Shown here one piece after another: positions 1 to 10,496 of a DNA stretch of 64,000 nt. The translations under genes and the position numbers were made by a program. The notes beneath the pieces were generated by a model, which was given only the letters and a program-made list of their open reading frames with translations, was not told where the DNA came from and made no database searches. Within the stretch, counting starts at the first letter, position 1; each line of letters begins with the position of its first letter. Source of the stretch: a virus (Duplodnaviria > Caudoviricetes); the IMG/VR virus record IMGVR_UViG_3300028903_000001, positions 55,896-119,895 of that record. One strand, given 5' to 3'.

Positions 1-542
1 CGAGTGCCGATGGTGTAGTGCAGATACTGGTGCGTGGCCCATGGCATGTTGATGCCGTGACGCTCGTCCAAGACCGCAATCGCGTTGTTTGCCGCGTTGA
101 GGTAGACGAGTGCGACGAGCGTCGTCTTGAATCCGTAGGGCAGCGCGGCCCCATTCGAAAGCACGCCACCGTTGTACCAGAACCACCAGAGCCCAGGCGC
201 GGGCACGGCGATTGTGGACGACTGGTCCGTGACGAAGGTGTGTTTCTGCACACTGCCGCCACCCACCTCGAAGACCTCGAAGCTCGTGGCAGGCGCTTTG
301 ATCGCCATGGTCAGCGTCTTGGTTGCGTCGTCCCAGGTCAGGATCGTGTCGTCCCGGTCCACGACTCCCCTGGGATACGCGGCTTCGATAGGCGTACCAA
401 CCTCGACGCCATCGATGGTCTCAAGCGCTCTCTGCACATCGGTGTCGCTGGGGCCGAGGATGGAGACGAACGCCGACGTGTCAACGACCGTGTTGACTGC
501 CTCAACGAAGCCTGAGCAGCAGCGGAGCATGGACGAACGCAT
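1..542 (-). CDS. Partial (runs off window) putative spike/fibre-like virion protein
   Basis: ATG at 540-542 overlaps the stop of the upstream gene. My translation MRSSMLRCCSGFVEAVNTVVDTSAF...DTDVQRALETID...DERHGINMPWATHQYLHYTIG is open to the window edge, with fibre-like motifs. Confidence 0.5.
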   Translation of the reverse strand, partial: MRSSMLRCCSGFVEAVNTVVDTSAFVSILGPSDTDVQRALETIDGVEVGTPIEAAYPRGVVDRDDTILTWDDATKTLTMAIKAPATSFEVFEVGGGSVQKHTFVTDQSSTIAVPAPGLWWFWYNGGVLSNGAALPYGFKTTLVALVYLNAANNAIAVLDERHGINMPWATHQYLHYTIGT

Positions 543-1960
543 CAGATCGCACCCTTCTTGCCCTGCGCGGTCCACGTCGCAGGATTGTCGCTGTCAAATG
601 TGATACAGTAACTGTCGTACAGAAGCGGCGTATCCACGGCAAGAACCATGTCTGCCGCCGAGGTCAGGCTGATGACCCCACCGTAGAGGTCAGCAGTGAT
701 CTCGCTGTAATTACGCAGTGAGAGGTTCGGCTGCGTCGTCTCGTTGCTCGCATAGATCTTTACGCTGATCGTGGCACCAGCCGTCGCTGTGGCGAGGATG
801 ATGGTCCAGTACGGGAACGTGTCGCCACTGAAGTAGTGCGCGACTAGCGCGTCGGTCGCCACGGCTTGCGAGAAGTCGAAGGGCTCCGTGTTGTCGAAGC
901 TCTGCACGACCGGCACGACCTTGTCCGCGTCGGTCACCGAGTCGTAGCTGCGGCTCTGCACGATGAGCATGCGAAGCGCGTTCAGCAGCGCGTATCCCGC
1001 ATCACCATCGGTAAGGGGGACAGCTTCATAATCGTCGATGTACTTGCCACCGATCAGGACTGGGTTTGCCGTCGCCGGATCAGCGTCAGCGTCGATGCCC
1101 TGGATCGATGGCGAAGAGCTTGGGTCGGTGACGATGAGTCGACCTTCAGAATCGAGGCGAAGGTGGCGATAGACGCCAGGGGCGAGCGGTCCCGGATCGG
1201 CAGCCTCCACAATCGCTCGAGGCTCCGTAACCAGCATCCGCAGCAGGTTCAAAAGCGCGGTACCAATATCGCCATCGTCGAGCGGAGACAGCGTTGGGTC
1301 GGCGATGAATCTGCCACCGACCGGGACCGGGTTACGGGTTAGCGCGTCTCCATCTACATCGCTTCCCTGCGCGCTTACAATGACACGGCCCTGGTTGTCG
1401 AGCCTGAGTCTGTAGAGCAGTCCATCGGCGTATGGGCCGGGATCCGCGTCCCTCGTGATTGCGATGTCGAGCGGAAGCGTGAGAGGGGCCGCGCCCTCAA
1501 GCGTGGTCCCCTCGATAGAGACGGGCTCTTCAATCGCACCTCCCCCGCCACCCGCGCCAGCCGTGGCAGACGAGGCGGCAAACTCATAGTCACCAGCCGG
1601 TGGCTGGTCCTCGAGCGAGACCACGATTGCCACGTCCATGCGAGACGAGGCCCTGGAGTCCTTACGGTCTATGATGTTGGGAAGCGGAATGAAATGAACC
1701 TCACCGGCAGGAAGCGTGTGTGCATCGGCGAACAGGTACCACTCCTCGGTCTGCTCGTCCCAGAGATAGAGACTGACAGAGGCATCCGGTGCCAGAGCGG
1801 GACCGTTGTAGGCTAGCGCAATCGACTCGAGCGGCTCGGTGTGCGGGCCATACTGCGGCGCGTGAAACACGTTGTCGAGCAGGAGATAGGCCGCATCGGT
1901 CGGGACCGCGTCTGTGCCGATGGTAGCATCGGTTCGAGTAAAGACGTGTTCGAGTTTCAT
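542..1960 (-). CDS. Putative structural protein with internal repeats
   Basis: 472 aa, acidic and beta-rich. Duplicated unit (ADPGP...LRLDxxGRxIV...NPVxxGG...DGDxGxALLNxLRML) and a Gly linker. Confidence 0.55.
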   Translation of the reverse strand: MKLEHVFTRTDATIGTDAVPTDAAYLLLDNVFHAPQYGPHTEPLESIALAYNGPALAPDASVSLYLWDEQTEEWYLFADAHTLPAGEVHFIPLPNIIDRKDSRASSRMDVAIVVSLEDQPPAGDYEFAASSATAGAGGGGGAIEEPVSIEGTTLEGAAPLTLPLDIAITRDADPGPYADGLLYRLRLDNQGRVIVSAQGSDVDGDALTRNPVPVGGRFIADPTLSPLDDGDIGTALLNLLRMLVTEPRAIVEAADPGPLAPGVYRHLRLDSEGRLIVTDPSSSPSIQGIDADADPATANPVLIGGKYIDDYEAVPLTDGDAGYALLNALRMLIVQSRSYDSVTDADKVVPVVQSFDNTEPFDFSQAVATDALVAHYFSGDTFPYWTIILATATAGATISVKIYASNETTQPNLSLRNYSEITADLYGGVISLTSAADMVLAVDTPLLYDSYCITFDSDNPATWTAQGKKGAI

Positions 1961-1963
1961 CGA

Positions 1964-2389
1964 TTACTTGCTTCCTTTGACGACGAGTCCAACCATCACT
2001 GCGGCCATGGCAGCCATGACGAGTGGAGGTATCCAAGGCATCGAGCCACCGCTCACCTCTACCTCATGCCTCGGAACCGGAGCGGTGCCGGAAATGGGTC
2101 GGATCCAGAACAGTTTCGTTCGATTATCAAGCACCAGCGGCTGACCATCTTTGCCTGTCCATGTCGCTTCGGCCCAGAACTGAGAGACGAAGTCAGCCTT
2201 GGTCTCTTTCCGATCGTCATCGGGCCATTCCTTGGGAAGCGTTTCCCAATCATCCCAGACCCGGACGTCAGCGAACCCAACCGACTCGAGCCCCTTCTTG
2301 ACCTGGGACGAGCCAGCGAATGCCGAGGCTTCACCAGTAACGACAAGTGAGCCGCGATACCTTGTCCCAGTGCTTAGCACAAATGCCAT
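1964..2389 (-). CDS. Small protein with C-terminal transmembrane anchor
   Basis: C-terminus WIPPLVMAAMAAVMVGLVVKGSK; operon spacing. Confidence 0.6.
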   Translation of the reverse strand: MAFVLSTGTRYRGSLVVTGEASAFAGSSQVKKGLESVGFADVRVWDDWETLPKEWPDDDRKETKADFVSQFWAEATWTGKDGQPLVLDNRTKLFWIRPISGTAPVPRHEVEVSGGSMPWIPPLVMAAMAAVMVGLVVKGSK

Positions 2390-2396
2390 ATTTGCC

Positions 2397-3206
2397 TCAG
2401 AGGATGACGCAGCCGCTGCCGCCGACTTCCTTACCGGCCCAACGCGGAATTAGGATGTTATCGATGACTCGCGGCGCAATGACCTTGGACTGATAGATAT
2501 GGTCGGTGCATGTCTTTTCCATATTGCGGTAGCCAAGAAGCCAAAGCCCACCCACCTTGTACTGGAACTTGCCAGGAATCTTGGTGTAGGTATACTTGCC
2601 TATCAGTTTCTTTACACCATTTACCTCCTGATAGCACAGTGTCGGTATGGGCGCATGATCCGCGTCTACCAGCGCACTGATTGTCACTGGATCCATGTAG
2701 ACCGGAGACTGCATGACATGGTCGAGAATCTCGAGTGAGGCTTGTTCCGTGGAGATGGAAGCCTGGGGCGGCTTAGGCGTCTCACTGCTAGTCACGACGA
2801 GGCAATGCTCGGTGGGTGCGATGTTTGGATTGCCAGAGCTACCGAAGGCGGCGAGCCTCGCATACCGCTTCCAGGCAGGCCACATCAGATGGATGCCGTC
2901 GCAGGCCAAGACGAAGTCTGGCGCGCCACCGTCAGGGCTCGAGAGAAGAACCGCAACGCCGATACAAGTCTCGGAAAAGCCGAGAATGGCAACCCTGTTT
3001 CCAGGCTTATCTAAGCCATGATTCTTTAGCGCCTGCTTGATGGGACGCTCGCCATAGGCAGATTTGATAGCATTGCTGTAGGCGTCAAAGTTTCTACCAT
3101 TGCCCTTTGGCATGGTAATCTCTGCCGTGTCGGATCTAAAGCTAGCCCGCCAGTTCTTCCCGAACCAGGAGTGAAGCTCGCCGAAGTGAAGGATGATGTC
3201 TGTCAT
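2397..3206 (-). CDS. Hypothetical protein, possible alpha/beta-hydrolase-like fold
   Basis: AILGFSET nucleophile-elbow-like motif followed by ACDGIH and a late His (TDH). Confidence 0.4.
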   Translation of the reverse strand: MTDIILHFGELHSWFGKNWRASFRSDTAEITMPKGNGRNFDAYSNAIKSAYGERPIKQALKNHGLDKPGNRVAILGFSETCIGVAVLLSSPDGGAPDFVLACDGIHLMWPAWKRYARLAAFGSSGNPNIAPTEHCLVVTSSETPKPPQASISTEQASLEILDHVMQSPVYMDPVTISALVDADHAPIPTLCYQEVNGVKKLIGKYTYTKIPGKFQYKVGGLWLLGYRNMEKTCTDHIYQSKVIAPRVIDNILIPRWAGKEVGGSGCVIL

Positions 3207-4705
3207 TCCTCTACCGTGCGCCTGCGGCTCTTGTTCCAGTCGAGAAGCGCCGCGATGCCGTATACCGCCACGCCTCCCATCGCGATGACCATCAGAGCGG
3301 TCAATGCAGACTCTGCGGTCTTAGCTAGCTTGCTAAACGGGCTCACCTCTTCCTTCTTGACATCGATCTCTGCCTTGTCTCTCGCCTGGCTACTGAGTTC
3401 GCTTTGAATCCTGAGCGCTTCCTTGGTAGCTTCTTCTCGACTCATGCCCCCAGCTACAAGCTTTTCGGTCTGCTCAGTGACAAAGTCCTGAGCCCTCCTC
3501 ATCGACGCCTTGTCGAGGTGCGCCTTCACGACGTCGCAAACCTCTTTGACCGATAGGTACTGAATGACGGAACCGATGATGACTGCGCCGACGACGAGCC
3601 CGACATATGCCGCACCCATCGTTCCTGGAGGCGTTATCGTGGTATCCTCGATGACGAATCGCTTCGTCGCTTCGTCAAAGCCTACCCTGGGCTCACCCGG
3701 CTTGCCTAGAATGAGAGAACTGGACTGATCGACGTCATAGGCCAGCCTGCGCTTGTCGGTCGCGCCGTCGTAGCCGTAGTTGATCATTTTGGGTATCCAC
3801 TTCTCCATATCACCGTAGTAGTCCTCGCTAGCCTGCGGCCAGGACTCGCTGATGATCGAATACCCCATCATCTCACAGGCCAGTTTGTACTGCCTGTGTT
3901 GGAACCTCACGTCGTAAAACGAGTCGGCGAGATCCGAGGTGATGCGTTTGACCTGTTCCCTCATATATTCGTAGAACGACTCTGTGATTCCGGTTAGACC
4001 CGGCTCGGCTTGTCCCGCTAGCATTCCTCCCGGCCTGCCAACTCCAACGAATCTGCCCGTGTTGTCACTAGATCCCAAGCCCGACGGGACCCTAGCGGCA
4101 TCGACGACACCGTTTTTATCCGCCAAGACCTTACCTCCGGGAACCGCGATGAAGGTCTCCCGCGTCGGCTTGGAAGCGGTGCCGAATGGATCGCTTGTCG
4201 AGGGATCGCACCTAACCCATACGCCCCGCTTCTCGTCTCTCACCGCCGCGAGAACATGCGTATGCTGGCGATGCGGCTCGTAGCTATGAGCGACGACGCA
4301 GCCTTCAATCCCCACGCTTTCAATCGCGGAAAGGAAGGCAACAACGAGACCGTCACAGTCTTCGCCCATGAACACGAGACCGTCGCAGCCCTCGAGCGTG
4401 CAAGCGGCGCTGGGGATGAATTCACCATCGATAGGGTCTTCGATGTAGGGACGCTCTTTTCGAAGACGTTCGAGGATAGCCTTTGCCTGAGCCATCTTGT
4501 CGGCCTGGAATCCACCCAGCCCGCCGCGAACAATGGTCTCCCTGGCCCAAGCCACGGTCTTTGGGTCCATGCGTCCCTTCTCGACGCGGTCCACGATTTC
4601 GGACAGGGAGACCCTGATCCCTTTTTCGCCCCTGGGGTGGGGGCGGCTCACGGTCTTGGGACCAGCGGTTCGGTTAGGTTGTTTTCGCGAGGGCTCGTTG
4701 CGCAT
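3203..4705 (-). CDS. Transglutaminase-like (Cys-His-Asp) protein with TM segments
   Basis: EDCDG...HTHVLAAV...WVRCDPS matches transglutaminase/papain-like triad spacing; two hydrophobic segments in the C-terminal half. Confidence 0.75.
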   Translation of the reverse strand: MRNEPSRKQPNRTAGPKTVSRPHPRGEKGIRVSLSEIVDRVEKGRMDPKTVAWARETIVRGGLGGFQADKMAQAKAILERLRKERPYIEDPIDGEFIPSAACTLEGCDGLVFMGEDCDGLVVAFLSAIESVGIEGCVVAHSYEPHRQHTHVLAAVRDEKRGVWVRCDPSTSDPFGTASKPTRETFIAVPGGKVLADKNGVVDAARVPSGLGSSDNTGRFVGVGRPGGMLAGQAEPGLTGITESFYEYMREQVKRITSDLADSFYDVRFQHRQYKLACEMMGYSIISESWPQASEDYYGDMEKWIPKMINYGYDGATDKRRLAYDVDQSSSLILGKPGEPRVGFDEATKRFVIEDTTITPPGTMGAAYVGLVVGAVIIGSVIQYLSVKEVCDVVKAHLDKASMRRAQDFVTEQTEKLVAGGMSREEATKEALRIQSELSSQARDKAEIDVKKEEVSPFSKLAKTAESALTALMVIAMGGVAVYGIAALLDWNKSRRRTVEE

Positions 4706-6908
4706 AGGCTATACCGTCCAGGAGGCTTTTCGATCCCCCCGACGATACGACGGGCTTTGCGCTAGGTCCATGTTGCGTAGGTACTTTTTTCTCCGTCCAC
4801 GCCGGTTTACTGGGAGGCGACGGGCTCGAGACCGTGACGGGAACAGGGGCTGGGGGAGACGTGGCGACGGTGACAGCGTTCCCGCTCTGGAGCGCATCGA
4901 CCGTGGACTGCGACGGCGCGAGCCGCCTCGAGAGCATGTCGATCTGTTGCGCCTGAAGCTGCTGGTTTTCCATGAGTTGCTGCTGCATCTGCTCAAACAT
5001 GCGATAGGTGTCCCGCATCTCTTCCTGTCTACGAGCATCTTTCACATGCTGCCTCAACTCACCAAGCGCCTTGATACCTGGCTCAATCCACGATTTGACA
5101 TTGTCGGCGTTGAGAGCCATCATGGTGAAGAAATCGACAGCTTTACCGTCCTTGTCGGTCACGTACCGAAACGGTCCCATCTCAAATACCTTGAGCGGAG
5201 AGCCGTCTTCCGCCTTGGTCTCGGACTGGACCAAAGCCTGTTGTGGCGGCGGTTGCTGCATCCACTGAGGCATTTGAGGCGGGGGCGGAACGGGTGGGGA
5301 TGATGGTGAGAGCTTTTCGAACATCTCTTTTAGCTCTGCCATCTGCTTCATCGTCTTTCGCATCTCGCTAAGCGAGTCCTTTGGCTCGGGCGGCGGCGGC
5401 TGCTGTTGTTGCTGTTGCGGCATCCCCATCTGAGCCCACTGCGCCATTTGCTGCTGCATCTGAATCTGCTGCTGCTGCGCCTCGGTGGCCTTCAGTCTCT
5501 CATCCACCAATCTGGCGATTTCCTCCATGCTCATCATTTGAGGCTGCTGCATAGGCTGTTGCTGCATCGCGGCTTGAGCCTTAGCCTCCTCGAGTTGCTG
5601 CTTCATGCTATGGAGCGACCCGTTGAGAGTTGACAGCATTTGCCAGACCTGGAACTGCTGCTGATACGAGGCTTGCGTACTTGCGCTTCTCATATCGTGG
5701 TTGTTCCGCTTCTGAAGCTTCTTGATCTGGCGGTTCAATCCCTTGATCGTCCCCTCTAGCTGAAGTATTCGATAGTCGGGTTGTGGCTGCTGCGGCTGGT
5801 ATGGGTTGTGACCCATTCTACTGGGAGGAGGCGGCGGAATATCCTCGATGAATTCCTCCTCTTCCTCCTCGTCATCGTCGTCATCGTCAACTTGATCCTG
5901 CGGAGGCGGCGGCGGCTGCATCCACGGCATTTGCTGCGGCCATCCCGGCATTTGTGGCTGTGGCTGTGGCCATTGCGGCTGCCCCCATTGCTGCTGTGGC
6001 TGCTGCGGAGGCGACTGTTGAAGCTGTGGTTGGGCCCAACCCTGCTGCTGCGGTGAAAGCCATTCCTGCGGTGGATGCTGCCTTTGCGGTTGCGGCTCGC
6101 CCCATTGCTGCTGCGGTTGCTGAACCTGCTGCGGAGGATCCTGCCATTGTTGGGCTCGAGGCTGCTGCTGCTGAGACCGAGACTGCTGCGGGTCCTGCCA
6201 CTGCTGCTGCGGTTGCTGAGCCTGCTGCGGATCGGAGGGCAGGGGAACACCTCTGGCTTGTGCCTCGATTGTTTTCCACTCGATCCTTCGCTTTGGGTTG
6301 TCACCCAGTTTGAGATAGCAAACCGCAGCAATGCTTCTGCCGGTAGAGTACATGATGATCTTGTACTTCTGCGGAGTGCCGTCCCATTGATTGTTGCAGA
6401 TATACTCACTGAGCTTACCCCAGTTTGGAACCTGATGAAGCGGTATCACTCCAACATGGTGGGCCACCGGCTGCTCAAGTGAGATCTCAACCTCGGACGA
6501 CGAGCCGAAAAGAGTCATGCACTTCTCGGAGCCATAGTTGTATTTGATGCCGTCTTGACCATGCCAGGGAACCCTGGCGTGATTCTTTCGCATCTCGATG
6601 ACGCGGTTAGCGGTCTGATTCTGAAGCCTGGCTTCGTCGTCGAGACCGTTTAGAAGCTCTTGTCGCTCCTCGTCCTCAGTCATCGGTCTATCACGCTGGA
6701 CGGGTGCGGATAGCTCCTGTCGCTGCGGCTCTTCGTCGTAGCTATCCAACTCCTCATCTTCATCTTCATCTTCATCCTCATCCTCGTTTTCCTCCACGAG
6801 GATTTCCTCTTCCCTCTTCTTTCTCGCCCTACCCGCTACGGCTGGCTTATTCCTCGGTCGTCCCCTTCGCTTCATACCCGCCAGTGATTGATTCTGCTTT
6901 CGAGCCAT
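4674..6908 (-). CDS. Large Gln/Pro/Met-rich low-complexity protein
   Basis: 744 aa with a basic N-terminus, acidic runs, PQQQW repeats and coiled-coil segments. Confidence 0.75.
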   Translation of the reverse strand: MARKQNQSLAGMKRRGRPRNKPAVAGRARKKREEEILVEENEDEDEDEDEDEELDSYDEEPQRQELSAPVQRDRPMTEDEERQELLNGLDDEARLQNQTANRVIEMRKNHARVPWHGQDGIKYNYGSEKCMTLFGSSSEVEISLEQPVAHHVGVIPLHQVPNWGKLSEYICNNQWDGTPQKYKIIMYSTGRSIAAVCYLKLGDNPKRRIEWKTIEAQARGVPLPSDPQQAQQPQQQWQDPQQSRSQQQQPRAQQWQDPPQQVQQPQQQWGEPQPQRQHPPQEWLSPQQQGWAQPQLQQSPPQQPQQQWGQPQWPQPQPQMPGWPQQMPWMQPPPPPQDQVDDDDDDEEEEEEFIEDIPPPPPSRMGHNPYQPQQPQPDYRILQLEGTIKGLNRQIKKLQKRNNHDMRSASTQASYQQQFQVWQMLSTLNGSLHSMKQQLEEAKAQAAMQQQPMQQPQMMSMEEIARLVDERLKATEAQQQQIQMQQQMAQWAQMGMPQQQQQQPPPPEPKDSLSEMRKTMKQMAELKEMFEKLSPSSPPVPPPPQMPQWMQQPPPQQALVQSETKAEDGSPLKVFEMGPFRYVTDKDGKAVDFFTMMALNADNVKSWIEPGIKALGELRQHVKDARRQEEMRDTYRMFEQMQQQLMENQQLQAQQIDMLSRRLAPSQSTVDALQSGNAVTVATSPPAPVPVTVSSPSPPSKPAWTEKKVPTQHGPSAKPVVSSGGSKSLLDGIAYAQRALAKTT

Positions 6909-6920
6909 ATCGTCTCCTAA

Positions 6921-7253
6921 TTAGGGGATTGGGGGAGCGGGGACAACTACGCCTTCCAAGACGGTCCCAGGTAGACGTGTCGAGAAAGCCGACTTGAAAG
7001 CACCGAGAAGTGACTGGTACTTCAAGTCGTCGGTAGGGTTGGCCGCATCGAATTCTGCCGTGAGCGTGACCCGGATCGTCCTGAGAATCTGCCCTGGTAC
7101 CAACTCGCTCGTCGCGTCGGCAGCCAGGGTGAAGTCCAAAGCTCTCTCACTCAGGATATCCACAATGGGTACAGCCGCGACTTTCGCCAAAGCGGTGGCG
7201 GTTTTCATCGGAGTTCCTGAGAAAGTGAATATGATTCTGTATTCAGCGTCCAT
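6921..7253 (-). CDS. Hypothetical protein
   Basis: 110-aa ORF in operon with an RBS-like AGGGA. Confidence 0.55.
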   Translation of the reverse strand: MDAEYRIIFTFSGTPMKTATALAKVAAVPIVDILSERALDFTLAADATSELVPGQILRTIRVTLTAEFDAANPTDDLKYQSLLGAFKSAFSTRLPGTVLEGVVVPAPPIP

Positions 7254-7255
7254 GT

Positions 7256-7609
7256 CTATTCCCTTTGGTCCTTGTTCAGATGTCCCATAATTGCGTCAAT
7301 GGCACCCTTGCCGAGAGCCGCACCGAGTCTGCCGAAGCCCTTTTCCGCCGCATCGTTTGCGGCAACCGAGCCGATTTCCTGCGCCGCTGCGGTGGCAAAG
7401 CCCGCCGGAAGTCCGCTTGGTGCGATATCCTGCTCGGAAAGCTCTGGGAGCCAGTGCGCAGCCTCCCACTCGATGCTCCAGCCGCCTTCCTGGTCGAGTG
7501 AGCCTCGAGCGACAAAGACGACGTCGGCAAGCGGTGAGCCACGACGCTTCGATTTACGCAAAGCCTTCAAGGCTGCCGTTGGCGATATCTTTGCTTTTTG
7601 ACTCGACAC
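7256..7609 (-). CDS. Hypothetical protein
   Basis: 117-aa ORF in operon. Confidence 0.5.
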   Translation of the reverse strand: MSSQKAKISPTAALKALRKSKRRGSPLADVVFVARGSLDQEGGWSIEWEAAHWLPELSEQDIAPSGLPAGFATAAAQEIGSVAANDAAEKGFGRLGAALGKGAIDAIMGHLNKDQRE

Positions 7610-7824
7610 GCTTCTTGCTCCTTGTATAGCTCTCGCATCTTGGACGAGTCCTCGTCCATGTACCGTCGCCTAATAGCCATCTCGATCACTGCGGATCTCG
7701 TGAGCCCTCCATTGATTGCGCAAAGCATGTCCAGCATTCGCTCAGCCGCTACGCTTATACGAATCTGGATCTTCGACTTTGACTTCCTTGGCTTGGCGAA
7801 TAGCTCATCACTGAGATTCGACAT
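7567..7824 (-). CDS. Ribbon-helix-helix (CopG/Arc-like) DNA-binding protein
   Basis: KIQIRIS beta strand, helix, then GLTRSAVIEMAIRR. Confidence 0.6.
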   Translation of the reverse strand: MSNLSDELFAKPRKSKSKIQIRISVAAERMLDMLCAINGGLTRSAVIEMAIRRRYMDEDSSKMRELYKEQEACRVKKQRYRQRQP

Positions 7825-8293
7825 CTGTCGCCTCTTGTTGGCTATCCGAATCTACGGCTTGCTCCTCGAGTTCATTTTGCATGATGAGGTATTCAAACCG
7901 CATGTCGTCCGTGATGGGGATCTTTGCGAGAAACGCGATCTTGTCGATATGCGCCTGCCATGCCTGTTCGCAGTATTTCTTCTGTGCCATATATCCGACC
8001 ATTTCCTGCTCGTATTGCTGGTAGGCGATGGCGAAGTCTTCCCTGCTACCGAACTGAGTCAGAGTCGGCTCTTCCGGCTCACTGGGAGGCCCCTTCTCGC
8101 CCGAATCCTTGTCGGGTAGGCAGATGAACCTGACGAATTGCGTCACATCCTGCTCCTCGCCCTCTCCGGTAATCTCCTCGACAAGCTCGATGGCTGCGAT
8201 TAGGAATGGCTCGACGGTATATCCGGGTGGGACCGGGAGGTGTTGACCGATCGCGTAGACAGAGTTGGGAGTTACGATTCGAACTAGCTGCAT
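7808..8293 (-). CDS. Hypothetical acidic protein
   Basis: Start MQLVRIV at 8293 preceded by GAAAGGAA. Confidence 0.55.
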   Translation of the reverse strand: MQLVRIVTPNSVYAIGQHLPVPPGYTVEPFLIAAIELVEEITGEGEEQDVTQFVRFICLPDKDSGEKGPPSEPEEPTLTQFGSREDFAIAYQQYEQEMVGYMAQKKYCEQAWQAHIDKIAFLAKIPITDDMRFEYLIMQNELEEQAVDSDSQQEATDVESQ

Positions 8294-8448
8294 GCTACAA
8301 TTCCTTTCCGTTGGGACGCCCGCGAGCATCTCCCGCGAAATGTCCGTCCGCAATGTTGCCGGTGGCACTTTTTGTCCGACCGGCGTACGATTGTTGTCCG
8401 ACCGACCTACCGGCGTCAGATAGTGCCGGGCAGCTACGTCTGGAGAGC

Positions 8449-8721
8449 ATGACCATGCAACAACCCCCCGCCGACCCGAGCCGCAGACCGGCGGCTCTCG
8501 ACATGTTCGCCGTCCTCGACCTTCTCACGGTCGAGGCTTACGTCGCCGGGATGGCGGGCGGGGACAGGGCCGCGCCCGGCGTCGAGGTGTGTCGGGCCGT
8601 CGTCGAGGCGATGTTGACCGGGAACAACGACCCGGTCTGGGTCGCCGATACCGCTGCGGCCCATATCGACCATCCAGCGGCGTATCGCGCCGCTGAAGCT
8701 ATTAGGAGCATCCTGCGATGA
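8449..8721 (+). CDS. Hypothetical protein
   Basis: GGAGAG RBS before ATG 8449; ATGA overlap with the next gene. Confidence 0.5.
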   Translation: MTMQQPPADPSRRPAALDMFAVLDLLTVEAYVAGMAGGDRAAPGVEVCRAVVEAMLTGNNDPVWVADTAAAHIDHPAAYRAAEAIRSILR

Positions 8722-10439
8722 ACACCTTCTCCTCCTCCATTCTTAACGAGTATGGGGTCGAGCCGACCGTTGCCGGGGCTCGGGCCTGGGCCAGGATCGG
8801 CTCAGCCGAGCGCAGGCCGATACGGTCTGCCGGGGCCTACGTCGGCGTTTGCCGAGCCATGTCCCCCAGCGCTCGCCACATCGATGGGCGACTCATAGCG
8901 GCGGGATTCGACCACGTCCCTCCCCTCGAATGGGTCAGGGGCGAGACCGGCATGCCGCCCCGCCGCCTCGAGGATTTTGTCAATTTCTGGGCCCGGACAC
9001 AGACCAGACCCGACACAGTGGGGTCCTCGTATAACGCCACACCCGAGGTGGCGTTTTCGTTGTGGCAGGGCAGGCACTGGACCTTCGCCTTGGCCGTGCC
9101 CTCTGAGCACTGGTCGAGAGCGCTGCGGCCCGACGGCTCGCTGCGACGGCGCTGGAGCCGAAACTGCGTAGAGATTGGCCGAGCGCTCAGGCGATGCTCA
9201 GCCTCGACGTCGACGTGCGGCTTGCCGATTTCGGCTCGAGCCGCTGCGGCACTGGGTCGGCTGTGTCCCGAGATGCAGCACGCCGCGCTCCAGGGCGTGG
9301 TGAACAGGGTTGAGGCTAGGGTCTCTGGTCAGCCCTGCTCGTCCGGCGGCACTGCCTGCGGCCCGCTGCCGCTGCGTGGGCGCTGGATGGGTATGCCCTG
9401 GGAGCCGATGTGTCGCAGCGATACGGGCCAATACCTCAGGCATGTCGGTGAGGAACGGTATGTCGTCTCGCACCCCTGCCTCGACTGGCCCGAGACGTGC
9501 CGGGGGACGGGCGCGGACCGTCTCGAGCCGGTTAGCGGTTTCTGCGGCAGAGTCGTCCGCATTCGCGATCTCGACTGGGCCGCAGCACAGCGAGTCCAGT
9601 CTATCGTCTCTCTCGGAGACAGAGCCAGGCTTCGCATGGTCTATGACCGCCCGAGGCGATTCGAGCGGCTCCTCGACAACCTGGCCCAGGATCGGAGCAA
9701 CAGGGTCGCGTTCCTGGCCCCCGCCTATCCCCGAGTGGATTACGACACGGCTCTGCACCTGTTTTTGGGCATGAGCCCGGTCGAGCTTAGCGGCTGCGTC
9801 CTATCGCGTCGCGAGGCCCATGAGTGGCTGCTCGACGGTGGCAGGGTCAGCCCGATCGCGTGGATCGTGCGAAACCTCCCCGACCTGCCCGCGATCCGTT
9901 CTGCGAATATCGCCAGGTGGCTCGTCGATCTGCATCGCAGAGGCGGCTGGGGCGGGCTCACTCGGACCCGCGTCACCTATGGCCCGGCAGAGGCTAGGCT
10001 CGAGTTTCGCATGATCGACCGGATCGACGAGATCCAGGACGTGGACCTCGTACGCGGAGTCTCTACCTCGGTCGACGATGCGTTTCGGCACGCCTCGGAG
10101 CGACTCGGTGCGGCGTGGCTCGAGACCGCTGCCGGGGACCATCGCGTGCTCGCGTACCCACCCGCACGCTGGAGGCTCTACCCCTGCATGCGTGCGCTGG
10201 TGACGCAAGCCATGCTGGCGAGGGAGGGGCAGGAAATGGGCCACTGCGTGGGTGGCTATAGCTACGCCGTCGAGCGGGGACAGAGCGTGATTCTGGCCCT
10301 CAACGTGGCGGGTCACCGCAGCACTGCCGAGGTGGCACCGGAGGGCAGGGTGATTCAGCACAGGGCCATGCACAACGGCGAGCCTCACACGCTGTGCCAG
10401 ACCGTGCTGAATCGATTCATCGAGAGGAGGATCGCATGA
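8718..10439 (+). CDS. PcfJ-like domain protein
   Basis: C-terminal LAREGQEMGHCVGGY...RSTAEV...QHRAMHN motif characteristic of PcfJ domains. Confidence 0.75.
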   Translation: MNTFSSSILNEYGVEPTVAGARAWARIGSAERRPIRSAGAYVGVCRAMSPSARHIDGRLIAAGFDHVPPLEWVRGETGMPPRRLEDFVNFWARTQTRPDTVGSSYNATPEVAFSLWQGRHWTFALAVPSEHWSRALRPDGSLRRRWSRNCVEIGRALRRCSASTSTCGLPISARAAAALGRLCPEMQHAALQGVVNRVEARVSGQPCSSGGTACGPLPLRGRWMGMPWEPMCRSDTGQYLRHVGEERYVVSHPCLDWPETCRGTGADRLEPVSGFCGRVVRIRDLDWAAAQRVQSIVSLGDRARLRMVYDRPRRFERLLDNLAQDRSNRVAFLAPAYPRVDYDTALHLFLGMSPVELSGCVLSRREAHEWLLDGGRVSPIAWIVRNLPDLPAIRSANIARWLVDLHRRGGWGGLTRTRVTYGPAEARLEFRMIDRIDEIQDVDLVRGVSTSVDDAFRHASERLGAAWLETAAGDHRVLAYPPARWRLYPCMRALVTQAMLAREGQEMGHCVGGYSYAVERGQSVILALNVAGHRSTAEVAPEGRVIQHRAMHNGEPHTLCQTVLNRFIERRIA

Positions 10440-10496
10440 TTCTGATCACATTTATCCTTCTGCACCTTCTACTCCTGTTCTTCGCCCACCCCTACT